Of a stretch of 63,106 nt of DNA, positions 36,082-44,434 are shown one piece after another. Position numbers and translations under genes: made by a program. This DNA is from an archaeon GW2011_AR19 (lineage in GTDB: Archaea; Nanobdellota; Nanobdellia; Pacearchaeales; GW2011-AR1): positions 1 to 63,106 of the forward strand of contig JWKY01000007.1 of NCBI GenBank assembly GCA_000806015.1, in the 5' to 3' direction. How positions within the stretch are numbered: position 1 is the first letter of the stretch; each line of letters starts with the position of its first letter. The notes beneath the pieces were generated by a model, which worked only from the letters and a program-made list of their open reading frames with translations, ran no database searches and was not told where the DNA came from.

Positions 36082-36354
36082 TTAGTATATTTTTTTAGAA
36101 TTTTCTAAAAGACTTTGTTCTAGTTCTTTTAAAAAATTTTTATTTTTTTCTTTAACTTCAGACGAAGGGTATTTGAAAATTAACTTTCCAGATTCTAAAT
36201 CAACATAAACTTCCTTCTTGTCGCTGGAAGAGGCTTTATAGTTTTTTTCCCCGATACATTCTAACCCCGAATAATCATTCCCCATCAGCATTTTACTAAT
36301 TATTGCCAAATATCCGCTTCTCGGAGTAAAATTTAACAAAGCATGATTATTCAT
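36082..36354 (-). CDS. Small unknown protein (90 aa), first gene of the cassette
   Basis: ORF whose start overlaps the L35Ae stop by ATGA. Its C-terminal NKNFLKELEQSLLENS resembles NMEFIQKTLESLVNS of 24641..24922. Confidence 0.5.
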   Translation of the reverse strand: MNNHALLNFTPRSGYLAIISKMLMGNDYSGLECIGEKNYKASSSDKKEVYVDLESGKLIFKYPSSEVKEKNKNFLKELEQSLLENSKKIY

Positions 36355-36617
36355 TTTTCTTTCACCTCAACTTTTGTTGTAATTGCCTGTCCCGGCAAAC
36401 CTTTTTCAAATATCGCCCTTACAATTCCTTTATTTCCATGGGCGCCTGAAATTTTTCCAGTAATTTCTTTTCCAGCGGGAGATTTCCAGACAACTTTTTT
36501 CCCAACAAATTTTTCAGCCTGCTCCCGGTTTTCAGAATCCGGAATTTCAATTAAGAAATGCCTCTCGTGAATAACTCGCCTGCTCCGCCTAAATTGAATA
36601 ACTTTCCCAATTGTCAT
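36351..36617 (-). CDS. rpl35ae: Ribosomal protein L35Ae (eL33)
   Basis: Contains ..FRRSRR......LIEIPDSENREQAEKFVGKKVVWKSPAGKEITGKISGAHGNKGIVRAIFEKGLPGQA. Confidence 0.75.
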   Translation of the reverse strand: MTIGKVIQFRRSRRVIHERHFLIEIPDSENREQAEKFVGKKVVWKSPAGKEITGKISGAHGNKGIVRAIFEKGLPGQAITTKVEVKEK

Positions 36618-36793
36618 GGATATTATGAAGAAAATTGGTTTAAAAACTTTACTTGAAATTTTTTAGCTTCTATCTTTTAAATTTAAAATAGACAGATAGT
36701 CAAATCAAGATAAAATAGCTTCTTGCGAAAGAGGTAATTAGTGTTTAAATTCCCTACTCGCGCCCACAATTTGTATTAATTTATGTTAATATT

Positions 36794-36840
36794 AAAAGTT
36801 TCTCAAAGTCAAAACGCTCGCCCGCCAATGTTTCAAATCC
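36794..36840. repeat. Inverted copy of the repeat at 28959..29011
   Basis: The sequence is aaaagtttctcaaagtcaaaacgctcgcccgccaatgtttcaaatcc. Confidence 0.8.
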
Positions 36841-36926
36841 TTACGACAATCATTTTACCGAAGCTGAATAAAAAAAAGGCAATGAACTATGCAAACACTT
36901 TTATACCCTCAAACGTAGGATTATTT

Positions 36927-37043
36927 ATGGAAGAAGAAAATAAAACAGAAGAATCGACATCTGAAGAAACTTCAGATAGTCAAACAGAAGAAGAGCCTAA
37001 AGAAGAAAAAAAGGAAGAGCCTTCTTCTGAGCAACAAAACTAA
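36927..37043 (+). CDS. Possible tiny acidic protein (38 aa)
   Basis: This is the internal-ATG part of ORF 36783..37043 (MEEENKTEESTSEE...). The upstream part of that ORF runs through a repeat, so it is not trusted. Confidence 0.2.
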   Translation: MEEENKTEESTSEETSDSQTEEEPKEEKKEEPSSEQQN

Positions 37044-37244
37044 ACTGATATGTTTTGTTGAAATTTTTAATTTTTTATCAGGGTGAATGGAGGGTGGGCT
37101 TTTTTATTTTAAGAGTTGTTTTTTTAAGATAATTAAATCTTAATATTTTCTGTCAGGCGGAAAATCTTTCAGCAACAACATTTTAAAACAAGAAATAAAT
37201 AGTTTAATAATAAAAGAGATAAAAAGATTCGAAAAATAACTTGC

Positions 37245-37342
37245 ATTATGAATTTTTAGTATAAAAATTTATTTGAACAAACAACGATTTGTGATTATGA
37301 ATTTTTAGTATAAAAATTTATTTGAACAAACAACGATTTGTG
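37245..37342. repeat. Perfect tandem duplication (2 x 49 nt) upstream of recQ
   Basis: The unit attatgaatttttagtataaaaatttatttgaacaaacaacgatttgtg occurs twice and contains a TATA-like gtataaaaattt. Confidence 0.9.
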
Positions 37343-37386
37343 AGTGATTAAACAAAATATGCAAATATTAAGGAATTATAAAAAAG

Positions 37387-39126
37387 ATGGAAAATTTATT
37401 AAAACAATATTTTGGCTATGATGAATTCAGACCAATGCAGTCAGATATTATAAAAAATACTCTGGAAAAAAAAGATTCTCTTGTGATTATGCCGACTGGC
37501 GGGGGAAAATCTATCTGTTATCAGCTTCCCACATTAAAATTTGAAGGACTTACTTTAGTTATATCACCGCTTATATCTCTGATGAAAGATCAAGTAGATG
37601 GATTAAAAGCAAATGGCATTAATGCGGAGTATATCAATTCCTCACTTTCACAGGAAGAAATTATGGACATTCAAAAAAGAATTCAGGGAAAAAAAGTAAA
37701 ATTGCTTTACATTGCTCCGGAGAGATTAGCATCAGAGGATTTTATAATATTTTTAAGCATGTTAGAGATAAGCTTGATTGCGATTGACGAAGCGCATTGC
37801 ATTTCTGAGTGGGGGCATGATTTTCGGCCTGAATACAGAAATCTCAAATCACTAAGAATAATATTTCCGGAATCTCCGATTATAGCATTAACTGCAACAG
37901 CAACGGAAAAAGTAAGAACAGATATATTAAAACAATTATCATTAAGAGATCCTGAAATATTTATTTCAAGTTTTAACAGGAAAAATTTAAATTTAAGAGT
38001 TGTAGAAAAAAAGAAATCCATGGAGAGAATTGTAAAAATATTAAAAGAGTACAAAGACAAATCAGCAATTATTTATTGCTTCTCCCGTAAAGATTCAGAA
38101 AATATTGCGGAAAAATTAAGATACAACGGATTTAATGCTCTTCCTTATCATGCGGGACTTAATAATGAAATAAAAAAACACAATCAGGAATTATTTATTA
38201 AAGATAAAGTAAATATTATTGTAGCAACAATTGCTTTTGGAATGGGAATTAATAAACCAGATGTTAGATTAATTATTCATCACACTTTTCCAAAAACACT
38301 TGAAGGATATTATCAGGAAATAGGCAGAGCTGGCAGGGACGGGCTTCCAAGTGATTGCATTCTTTTTTATTCAAGAGGAGATAAAAGAAAGCACGAATTT
38401 TTTATTGACAAGATAGAAAGTCAGCCAACTCAAAATAATGCAAGAGCTAAATTGCTTCAAGTTATGAATTATTGTGAAAATAATTCCTGCAGAAGAAAGC
38501 AGACACTTAAATATTTTGGAGAGGATTTTTTGGAAGATAATTGCGGAGCCTGCGATTCTTGTTTGAAATTATTAGAACCCATAAGAATAAATCAAAAAAA
38601 ATTAATTCCAAAAGAATTAAAAAAACAAATGGAATATAATCCGGAACTATTTGAGGAATTAAGGATTCTAAGAAAGCAAATTGCTGTTCAAAAGAATGTC
38701 CCTCCATTTATAATCTTCGGAGATGTTTCTTTAAGGGAAATGGCTGGCTCTTTTCCAAAAGATAATGAAGAATTTTTAAATATTAAAGGAGTTGGACAGC
38801 AAAAGTTAGAAGATTTTGGAGAATTGTTTTTAAAAGTGATAAATAATTATGCTGACGAAAAGAGAAATAATAATACTAATCTTTTAAACTCTAATAAAGA
38901 AAATAACTTAAAAGAAAACTATCATAACCGATTAGAAGAAATTAAACAAAATTTTCCAAATGCTTATGAGTCTTGGAAAGAAGAAGACGATATAAAATTA
39001 AAAACATTAAATTCTGAAAATAAAACTATTTCTGAAATTGCGCAAATTTTAAAACGCCAGCCAGGAGCAATTAGATCAAGATTAATGAAGTTTAGATTGG
39101 TGTTTAACTCAACCACGCTTGGGTGA
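37387..39126 (+). CDS. recQ: RecQ-family DNA helicase with Zn-binding/RQC region, HRDC domain and C-terminal HTH-like tail
   Basis: Contains MPTGGGKSICYQLP, IDEAHCISEWGHDFRP, TATAT and YYQEIGRAGRDG. It also has the Zn cluster CRR..L.YFGE....CGACDSC and the HRDC-like segment LFEELRILRKQIAVQKNVPPFIIF. The last codons run into a repeat. Confidence 0.85.
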   Translation: MENLLKQYFGYDEFRPMQSDIIKNTLEKKDSLVIMPTGGGKSICYQLPTLKFEGLTLVISPLISLMKDQVDGLKANGINAEYINSSLSQEEIMDIQKRIQGKKVKLLYIAPERLASEDFIIFLSMLEISLIAIDEAHCISEWGHDFRPEYRNLKSLRIIFPESPIIALTATATEKVRTDILKQLSLRDPEIFISSFNRKNLNLRVVEKKKSMERIVKILKEYKDKSAIIYCFSRKDSENIAEKLRYNGFNALPYHAGLNNEIKKHNQELFIKDKVNIIVATIAFGMGINKPDVRLIIHHTFPKTLEGYYQEIGRAGRDGLPSDCILFYSRGDKRKHEFFIDKIESQPTQNNARAKLLQVMNYCENNSCRRKQTLKYFGEDFLEDNCGACDSCLKLLEPIRINQKKLIPKELKKQMEYNPELFEELRILRKQIAVQKNVPPFIIFGDVSLREMAGSFPKDNEEFLNIKGVGQQKLEDFGELFLKVINNYADEKRNNNTNLLNSNKENNLKENYHNRLEEIKQNFPNAYESWKEEDDIKLKTLNSENKTISEIAQILKRQPGAIRSRLMKFRLVFNSTTLG

Positions 39127-39330
39127 GTTTGTTGAAAAACTTCCTGTTTTTCATTCCCCATTTAAGTGTAAGCCTCCTTTAACTCGACAACGCTTTGGCG
39201 AGTTTGTCAAAAAATTTCCTATTTTTTGTTCGTTTTTAACTCAACCACGCTTGGGCGAGCGATTTCGCGAGACAAACTCCTCCCCATTATTCCGAGCGAG
39301 GTCGGGAGTAGAGTTTGTTCATACATCATT
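39103..39330. repeat. Tandem GC-richer repeat block (units at about 39103, 39178 and 39234) plus a tRNA T-arm-like fragment
   Basis: The three units read tttaactcaaccacgcttgggtgagtttgttgaaaaacttcctgtttttc, tttaactcgacaacgctttggcgagtttgtcaaaaaatttcctatttttt and tttaactcaaccacgcttgggcgagcgatttcgcgag. The block ends with gagcgaggtcgggagt. Confidence 0.8.
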
Positions 39331-39337
39331 AAAAGCA

Positions 39338-39736
39338 TTATAATGCAAACTCATTAATAAAAATCAGTAAATTAATTAAAGCAGAAATCAGGCAGTAAAA
39401 ACAATATTCCTTAATTATTTTTGCCTGAATAAATACAAGAAATAAAGAGAATAATAAAGATGCCCCGCTGATAATTTTAGTCAAAAACAGCAATTTTTCT
39501 GACACAAAAAATAAATACAAGGCCAAAAATAAAATCAAAATATAATAAAACAATCCGAGAATATCATTTTTTATAAAAAAGACTGCATTCCATTTACTTT
39601 TCAAAACTTCATCGCATCCGCCGTCAATCGGACAGACTACCGGTTTTTTCTTTAGCCTGTTTTTTATAAGAAAACCGGGAATAAAAATTCCAAGTAGTGC
39701 AAGAACAATTAATGAAACTATAAATTCTGATTGCAT
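39338..39736 (-). CDS. Vitamin K epoxide reductase (VKOR)-family membrane protein
   Basis: Four TM segments, a loop cysteine pair (CPIDGGC) and a CxxC in the last TM segment (EYCFYCLISA). Confidence 0.65.
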   Translation of the reverse strand: MQSEFIVSLIVLALLGIFIPGFLIKNRLKKKPVVCPIDGGCDEVLKSKWNAVFFIKNDILGLFYYILILFLALYLFFVSEKLLFLTKIISGASLLFSLFLVFIQAKIIKEYCFYCLISALINLLIFINEFAL

Positions 39737-39740
39737 TTTA

Positions 39741-40163
39741 TTATTTCTCCTCTTTAATTTGATTTCCTGTTAAATTTGTCAAAAATTTCCTGTTTTTGTT
39801 CCCCTTCTTTTTGTATGATAAAGCTATAAGAGCCAATGCCATGAACAAGATTGCAATATCTCTGAATAGGATTTCTAAATTCATAATATTTCCAAATAAA
39901 ATTAAAAACAAAGTTATAGAAGATAAAATTGAAAGCGTAAAAGTTTTATAATCAAATAATAATCCAATTCCCAAAAGAATTTCAAAAATAGAAAAAACCA
40001 TTAAAAATATTTCTTTTGATATTATAACTCCAAGAAAGTTAGGAACAAATCCAATCCAATTTGTCGGATTTAAGAAAGAAGAAATGCCGGCATAAAAAAA
40101 CGCAATTGCCAGACCTGACCTCAATAAAAAAGAAATTAAAATGTTTTTATTTTGTTCTTTCAT
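39741..40163 (-). CDS. DoxX-family membrane protein
   Basis: Four TM segments with the N-terminal LLRSGLAIAFFYAGISSFLNP. The last 13 or so codons (GNKNRKFLTNLTG) are encoded by a copy of the dispersed repeat at about 39767..39810. Confidence 0.55.
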   Translation of the reverse strand: MKEQNKNILISFLLRSGLAIAFFYAGISSFLNPTNWIGFVPNFLGVIISKEIFLMVFSIFEILLGIGLLFDYKTFTLSILSSITLFLILFGNIMNLEILFRDIAILFMALALIALSYKKKGNKNRKFLTNLTGNQIKEEK

Positions 40164-40239
40164 TTGTCTTATAGATTAATGAGACCAAGAAGAACGAAAA
40201 TTCTTGAGTCTTCCTCTTTTAAATTTTTTCATCTTAAAA

Positions 40240-40572
40240 TTATTTTACTTTCCAAATTTCTCCGTCGCAGTCATATTTTGAACAGCTTAAAAGCACAGGA
40301 GAATATTGCACAAAGGGTTCGCAGGAAATCTTATTTAACTCTCCTGTAAAACATTTTTCACTGACCTTTTGACAAAGTCTTTTTTCATCCATTAATTCAT
40401 ATCCTTCGGAACAAATTATTTTTTCTCTTTCAACACACTCGCAGTTGTTTTCAAGAGCTATTTCTTTTTTGCTTCCTTCTTTTACAACATTTCCTGTAAA
40501 ATTCTTAACTATAAAAAAACCAGAAACTAATAATGCCAATACTAAAATTGCGGCTAAAATTTTTCTTGACAT
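40240..40572 (-). CDS. Membrane-anchored cysteine-rich protein (110 aa)
   Basis: Uses the internal ATG at 40572 (MSRKILAAILVLALLVSGFF). It has 10 cysteines, including CEC, and is separated from the upstream remnant's shifted-frame stop by 1 nt. Confidence 0.5.
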   Translation of the reverse strand: MSRKILAAILVLALLVSGFFIVKNFTGNVVKEGSKKEIALENNCECVEREKIICSEGYELMDEKRLCQKVSEKCFTGELNKISCEPFVQYSPVLLSCSKYDCDGEIWKVK

Positions 40573-40573
40573 T

Positions 40574-40959
40574 TTAAGAAACAATAATTTTTCCGTCTTT
40601 ACTTGGCTGCAAATGATTATGATAAGCCCAACTGCCGACGTGTGTGTTGGATGAAAAGCACTGGCAGGCCAAACTTCAGTAATTAACTTATTTATCCAAG
40701 TTACTTTATCGCCTTTTTTTATTTCTAAATTTTTTGAGACAAATCCCTCATTCGTAATTTCTACAAAGTGTTCTGTTAGTTCAGGAGTTTCTGAAATTAT
40801 ATCTTCCTGAGGAGGTCCTAAATTTTCTTCAGAAGTTTCATCCTGAGTGTTTTTTTTAGAAAGCAAATTGATTCCCAAAATTATTAGAACAATTACTGCA
40901 ATAATTACTATGCTTATAACAACTCCACTGCCACTGGTTTTTTTAGCTTTTTTTGCCAT
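40574..40959 (-). pseudogene. Cupredoxin-like domain gene disrupted by an internal deletion and frameshift
   Basis: The TM anchor is followed by ..LEIKKGDKVTWINK...WPASAFHPTHT. The expected C-terminal module GSWAYHNHLQPSKDGKIIVS* is present only in the adjacent frame (stop at 40574..40576). Confidence 0.5.
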
Positions 40960-40998
40960 ATTTAATATAAAACTTTTAGATTTATAAATATTGGGTAT

Positions 40999-41955
40999 TT
41001 AACAAGGAATAATTTTATTCTTACTTATATATTCATAAGCGCTGTAAGCAGCAGTGCATCCGTCGGCAACTCCGGTAATTAACTGCTTAAATGGTTTGTC
41101 TGTAACGTCACCGGCTGCAAAAACTCCCTTAACATTTGTTTCAGAAGTTTTATGATTAAGAATTATTTCTCCTTTTTTATCTGTTTTTACTCCTATTTTT
41201 TTTGCAAGGTCTGAAAGAGCGATATGTCCAATTGCAACAAAAACAGCATCAACTTTTAATTTTCTATTTCCTTTGTATGAATTGTCTAAAATTATTTCCT
41301 GCACAAATTTATTTCCTTTTATTTCTGTGATATTTGTGTTATTTATTATTTCAATTTTTTTATTTTTTTTAATTCTTTCCATATTTACCGGCTCTGGATG
41401 AATTTGTTCTCCTCTATAAATTATAAAAACTTTTTTTGCAGATTCAGCTAATACAAGAGCATCTTTTGCTGCTGAATCACTTCCACCGACTAAAGAAACA
41501 ATTTTGTTTTTGAACAAAGGCCCGTCGCACAAAGCGCAGTAATTTACACCCTTATTTTCAAATTCTTTAGAACCGGGAACATCTAATTTTTTCCATTTAG
41601 TTCCTGTTGCAAAAATTATTGCCAGAGTTTTATATTCTGATTTATTTGTTTTAACTGCAAAACAATTTTTTTCTCTTTTTATATCGCTGACTTTTTCTTC
41701 TGTTATTGTTGTTAATTTGTAGCTTTTAGCATGCTCTTCTAATTTTTTTGCAATCTCCTGCCCAGTTAATCTGATAAAACCAGGATAATTTTCAACAATA
41801 GTTGTGGTGGTAATTACTCCACCTACTGGCAATTCAGAGCCGTGGCTTGCTCCAAGAACCAAAGTTTTTAATCCAAGTCTTGCAGAGTACATTGCAGCAG
41901 CCAAGCCAACTCCTCCTGCTCCGACGATAATTACATCAAAATTCTTTTTTACCAT
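40999..41955 (-). CDS. trxB: Thioredoxin reductase
   Basis: Contains DVIIVGAGGVGLAAAMY, the redox CxxC NYCALCDG, the second Rossmann segment VSLVGGSDSA and AAGDV. Confidence 0.85.
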   Translation of the reverse strand: MVKKNFDVIIVGAGGVGLAAAMYSARLGLKTLVLGASHGSELPVGGVITTTTIVENYPGFIRLTGQEIAKKLEEHAKSYKLTTITEEKVSDIKREKNCFAVKTNKSEYKTLAIIFATGTKWKKLDVPGSKEFENKGVNYCALCDGPLFKNKIVSLVGGSDSAAKDALVLAESAKKVFIIYRGEQIHPEPVNMERIKKNKKIEIINNTNITEIKGNKFVQEIILDNSYKGNRKLKVDAVFVAIGHIALSDLAKKIGVKTDKKGEIILNHKTSETNVKGVFAAGDVTDKPFKQLITGVADGCTAAYSAYEYISKNKIIPC

Positions 41956-41965
41956 TTTAATATTC

Positions 41966-43114
41966 TTAATTTATTTTTTTCCCATTTTCATAAATATACA
42001 TTTTTCTTTTTGCAAGTTCTTTAAAAAAATGCTTGCAGGGAACAACTGCTTCAGGAGCATAAACCCCTTTTTCTTTTATAAGATTATCTTTTAACATTTG
42101 TGAAATTACTGAAATTGTTCTACCAGTATCAACATTGCTTCCTGCATCTTCCCATCCCGGCAGACTTTTTACAATACAATTCATTTCTATTTTAATATCT
42201 TTGTTGTTTTTCTTTCCGCAAATTTCCACCCATAAGTTTTCCACTTCCATATAATTTTTAGGCCATTTAATTTTTTTTAGGACTTCAGTTGTAAAATTAA
42301 TTGGTTTTATTTCTTTTTCATTAATTTTAATTGGCTCTTCTGAATTAAATCCTAAATCAATTAATGTTTGAATTGCCTTCATTGAATGCTCGGGAAATCC
42401 TGCCATATAGTGAATATTTTTTAATCCCTTATTTTTAAAATATTTGGAAAAACTATATACTTCTGAATGAACAATACAATAAACTGTTTGCTTACCTACT
42501 TCTTTAAAATTCTTTGTTCCTTTGCAGGTCATTCTTTTTTCTTTTACAAATTTTCCGTCATGATAAGTTATTGGATTTTCTGTGAATTCATCAAAAATAC
42601 TTTGAATTGAATACGGGACAACAAATTTTTTTATATTTGAATCCCAGACAAACCCTAAATAAATTGTCTTCACAGAATCAAGTTTTTCAAGGACATGAGC
42701 AGTCATTACATTTACAATTCCGGGAGTTGAACCACAGCCGGTTATATTTATAATTCCTGTTTTTTTAAAAGAATCATGCAATTTGAATTGTTCTAAAGTT
42801 ATTTTCTGCAATCCTCCAAGATCAGTCAACGATTTTTTTGTTTTTAAGCAGGCTTTCATTATTGCAACATTAAAAATTAGCTCAGCGCAATTAACAACTA
42901 CTTCGGCATTTGAGCTTTTTATTGCTTTTGCAATTTCTTCTTCATTTCTTAAATCAACTTCTATAAATCCGGTTTTTTTATTTTTGAGCAAATTTTTTAT
43001 TCTTGTTTTGTCTCTTCCAACGAGAAGAACAGAATATCCGGATTCAATTAAATCACGCGCGCAAATGCCTCCTTGCTGTCCGGTTCCGCCAAAAATTATA
43101 AAATCGTATTTCAT
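41966..43114 (-). CDS. Saccharopine dehydrogenase-like NAD(P)-binding oxidoreductase
   Basis: Has an N-terminal Rossmann segment FIIFGGTGQQG and the length and pattern typical of the family. Confidence 0.5.
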   Translation of the reverse strand: MKYDFIIFGGTGQQGGICARDLIESGYSVLLVGRDKTRIKNLLKNKKTGFIEVDLRNEEEIAKAIKSSNAEVVVNCAELIFNVAIMKACLKTKKSLTDLGGLQKITLEQFKLHDSFKKTGIINITGCGSTPGIVNVMTAHVLEKLDSVKTIYLGFVWDSNIKKFVVPYSIQSIFDEFTENPITYHDGKFVKEKRMTCKGTKNFKEVGKQTVYCIVHSEVYSFSKYFKNKGLKNIHYMAGFPEHSMKAIQTLIDLGFNSEEPIKINEKEIKPINFTTEVLKKIKWPKNYMEVENLWVEICGKKNNKDIKIEMNCIVKSLPGWEDAGSNVDTGRTISVISQMLKDNLIKEKGVYAPEAVVPCKHFFKELAKRKMYIYENGKKIN

Positions 43115-43344
43115 TTCAACTTCAAAGCTTTTTTTAATTTTTCTTCATCAAAACCAACAATTAATTGCTTGTCAATTTCAATAACCGGAACTCCCATTTG
43201 CCCGGATTTTTCAATCATTTCTTTTGCTGCTTTTTTATCTGATGTAGCATTAATCTCTTTAAACTTAATTTTATTTTCTTTGAAGAATTCTTTTGTTTTT
43301 TTACACCAAGGGCATGTTGGAGTTGTATAAATTTTTATCACCAT
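43111..43344 (-). CDS. Glutaredoxin-like small redox protein
   Basis: 77 aa with CPWC, GVPVI and a thioredoxin-fold pattern. It overlaps the downstream gene by 4 nt. Confidence 0.75.
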   Translation of the reverse strand: MVIKIYTTPTCPWCKKTKEFFKENKIKFKEINATSDKKAAKEMIEKSGQMGVPVIEIDKQLIVGFDEEKLKKALKLK

Positions 43345-43402
43345 TTTTATTCCCCCTAATAATAAGAAAAATTAAGTATTTATTAATCTTACTGCAAAAG
43401 AT

Positions 43403-44356
43403 TTAATCTAATTTATTTTTAGAAATAACTCCGCCTGAAATATTGAAGAAATATTTCAGAGATTCATTGTCATCTTTATCCCACACATAAAAAGAATACT
43501 TCCCGTCTTTAAACTTTATGTGGGAATAACTAAAAATCCCCTGATTGTCAACTTTTTTTAAAGGAGTTTGCCTTCCTTCTTCATCAGCAACAAAAGCCTG
43601 CATGCCTTCGGGAGAATCATCTTTGAAAACCACATATTTCTCTCCCATTTTCTTAAGTCTTGGTCTCTTTGATTCAAAAAGAGTTTCAAGAAAACTTTTA
43701 TTGTTTTTTACTTTCAAAGAAAATTCTTCTTCAGTATTGCTTTTTACGTTATAGGAATTCATATTTTCCCTGACTGCTTCTTCCAAATTTCTTTCATCAG
43801 ATAATTTATCGTAAGATTCTTTTAATTTAGCATATTTTCCTTTCCATTCAGAATCTCCGCTTTTTAGACTAAGAGCATAATCTTTTTCCAATTCTGAGTA
43901 TTTTTTTTCTAAATTATTAGTTTCCAGAATTTTTTTCGCAATTTCTTTTTCTACAAAAGCATATACTTTAAAAAGTGAATCATATTTTTCCAGAAGCCAA
44001 ACTTTATCTGTGTTGTCCGCGATTTTGTATTTTTCTAATTCACCTGAAATTTTTTTCTTTGCTCCTTTAATACTGCCTAATTCTTGATTTAGTTTTTTAA
44101 TTTCTGAATTGGTTTTTGAATACAAATTTAAAACTCTTTCAAGGGAATCAGAATAAAAATTTGTTTTATTCTTTGAATCAATATAACTATTTTTAAGATT
44201 ATTATTATTAAAAGCTAAATTCAAGCTATCATCTCTTAAAGAATTAATTTCTGTTTTTTGTTTATCAAGAGTGTTGTTTTGTTTGTAGTTGCACCAGCCA
44301 AGAGATAATAATCCAATCAAACTAATTCCTAAAAGAGTATTTTCTAGTTTTCCCAT
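43403..44356 (-). CDS. Membrane-anchored coiled-coil protein
   Basis: N-terminal TM segment followed by long heptad-like K/E/L/N-rich sequence. Confidence 0.4.
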   Translation of the reverse strand: MGKLENTLLGISLIGLLSLGWCNYKQNNTLDKQKTEINSLRDDSLNLAFNNNNLKNSYIDSKNKTNFYSDSLERVLNLYSKTNSEIKKLNQELGSIKGAKKKISGELEKYKIADNTDKVWLLEKYDSLFKVYAFVEKEIAKKILETNNLEKKYSELEKDYALSLKSGDSEWKGKYAKLKESYDKLSDERNLEEAVRENMNSYNVKSNTEEEFSLKVKNNKSFLETLFESKRPRLKKMGEKYVVFKDDSPEGMQAFVADEEGRQTPLKKVDNQGIFSYSHIKFKDGKYSFYVWDKDDNESLKYFFNISGGVISKNKLD

Positions 44357-44434
44357 ATTTTTATAGAATTTTAAACTTTATAAATATTTCCTTATGTAAT
44401 AATTTTAAAATTACAACAATACCTAATTGACTTT

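Noticed and set aside
36783-36926. N-terminal part of ORF 36783..37043
   Set aside because: It reads through the inverted copy of the 28959 repeat. Only the short acidic tail from the internal ATG is listed, at low confidence.
39103-39330. Possible CRISPR array
   Set aside because: There are only about three diverged units with no unique spacers of regular length. The units are dispersed elsewhere singly and in both orientations, and no cas genes are present.
38964-39343. ORFs 38964..39161 (-) and 39119..39343 (+)
   Set aside because: Both are produced by the tandem repeat block and the recQ 3' end. The repeats explain the open frames.
40240-40959. Single 239-aa fusion protein
   Set aside because: The frame analysis shows a disrupted upstream gene plus an independent downstream gene (see finding).
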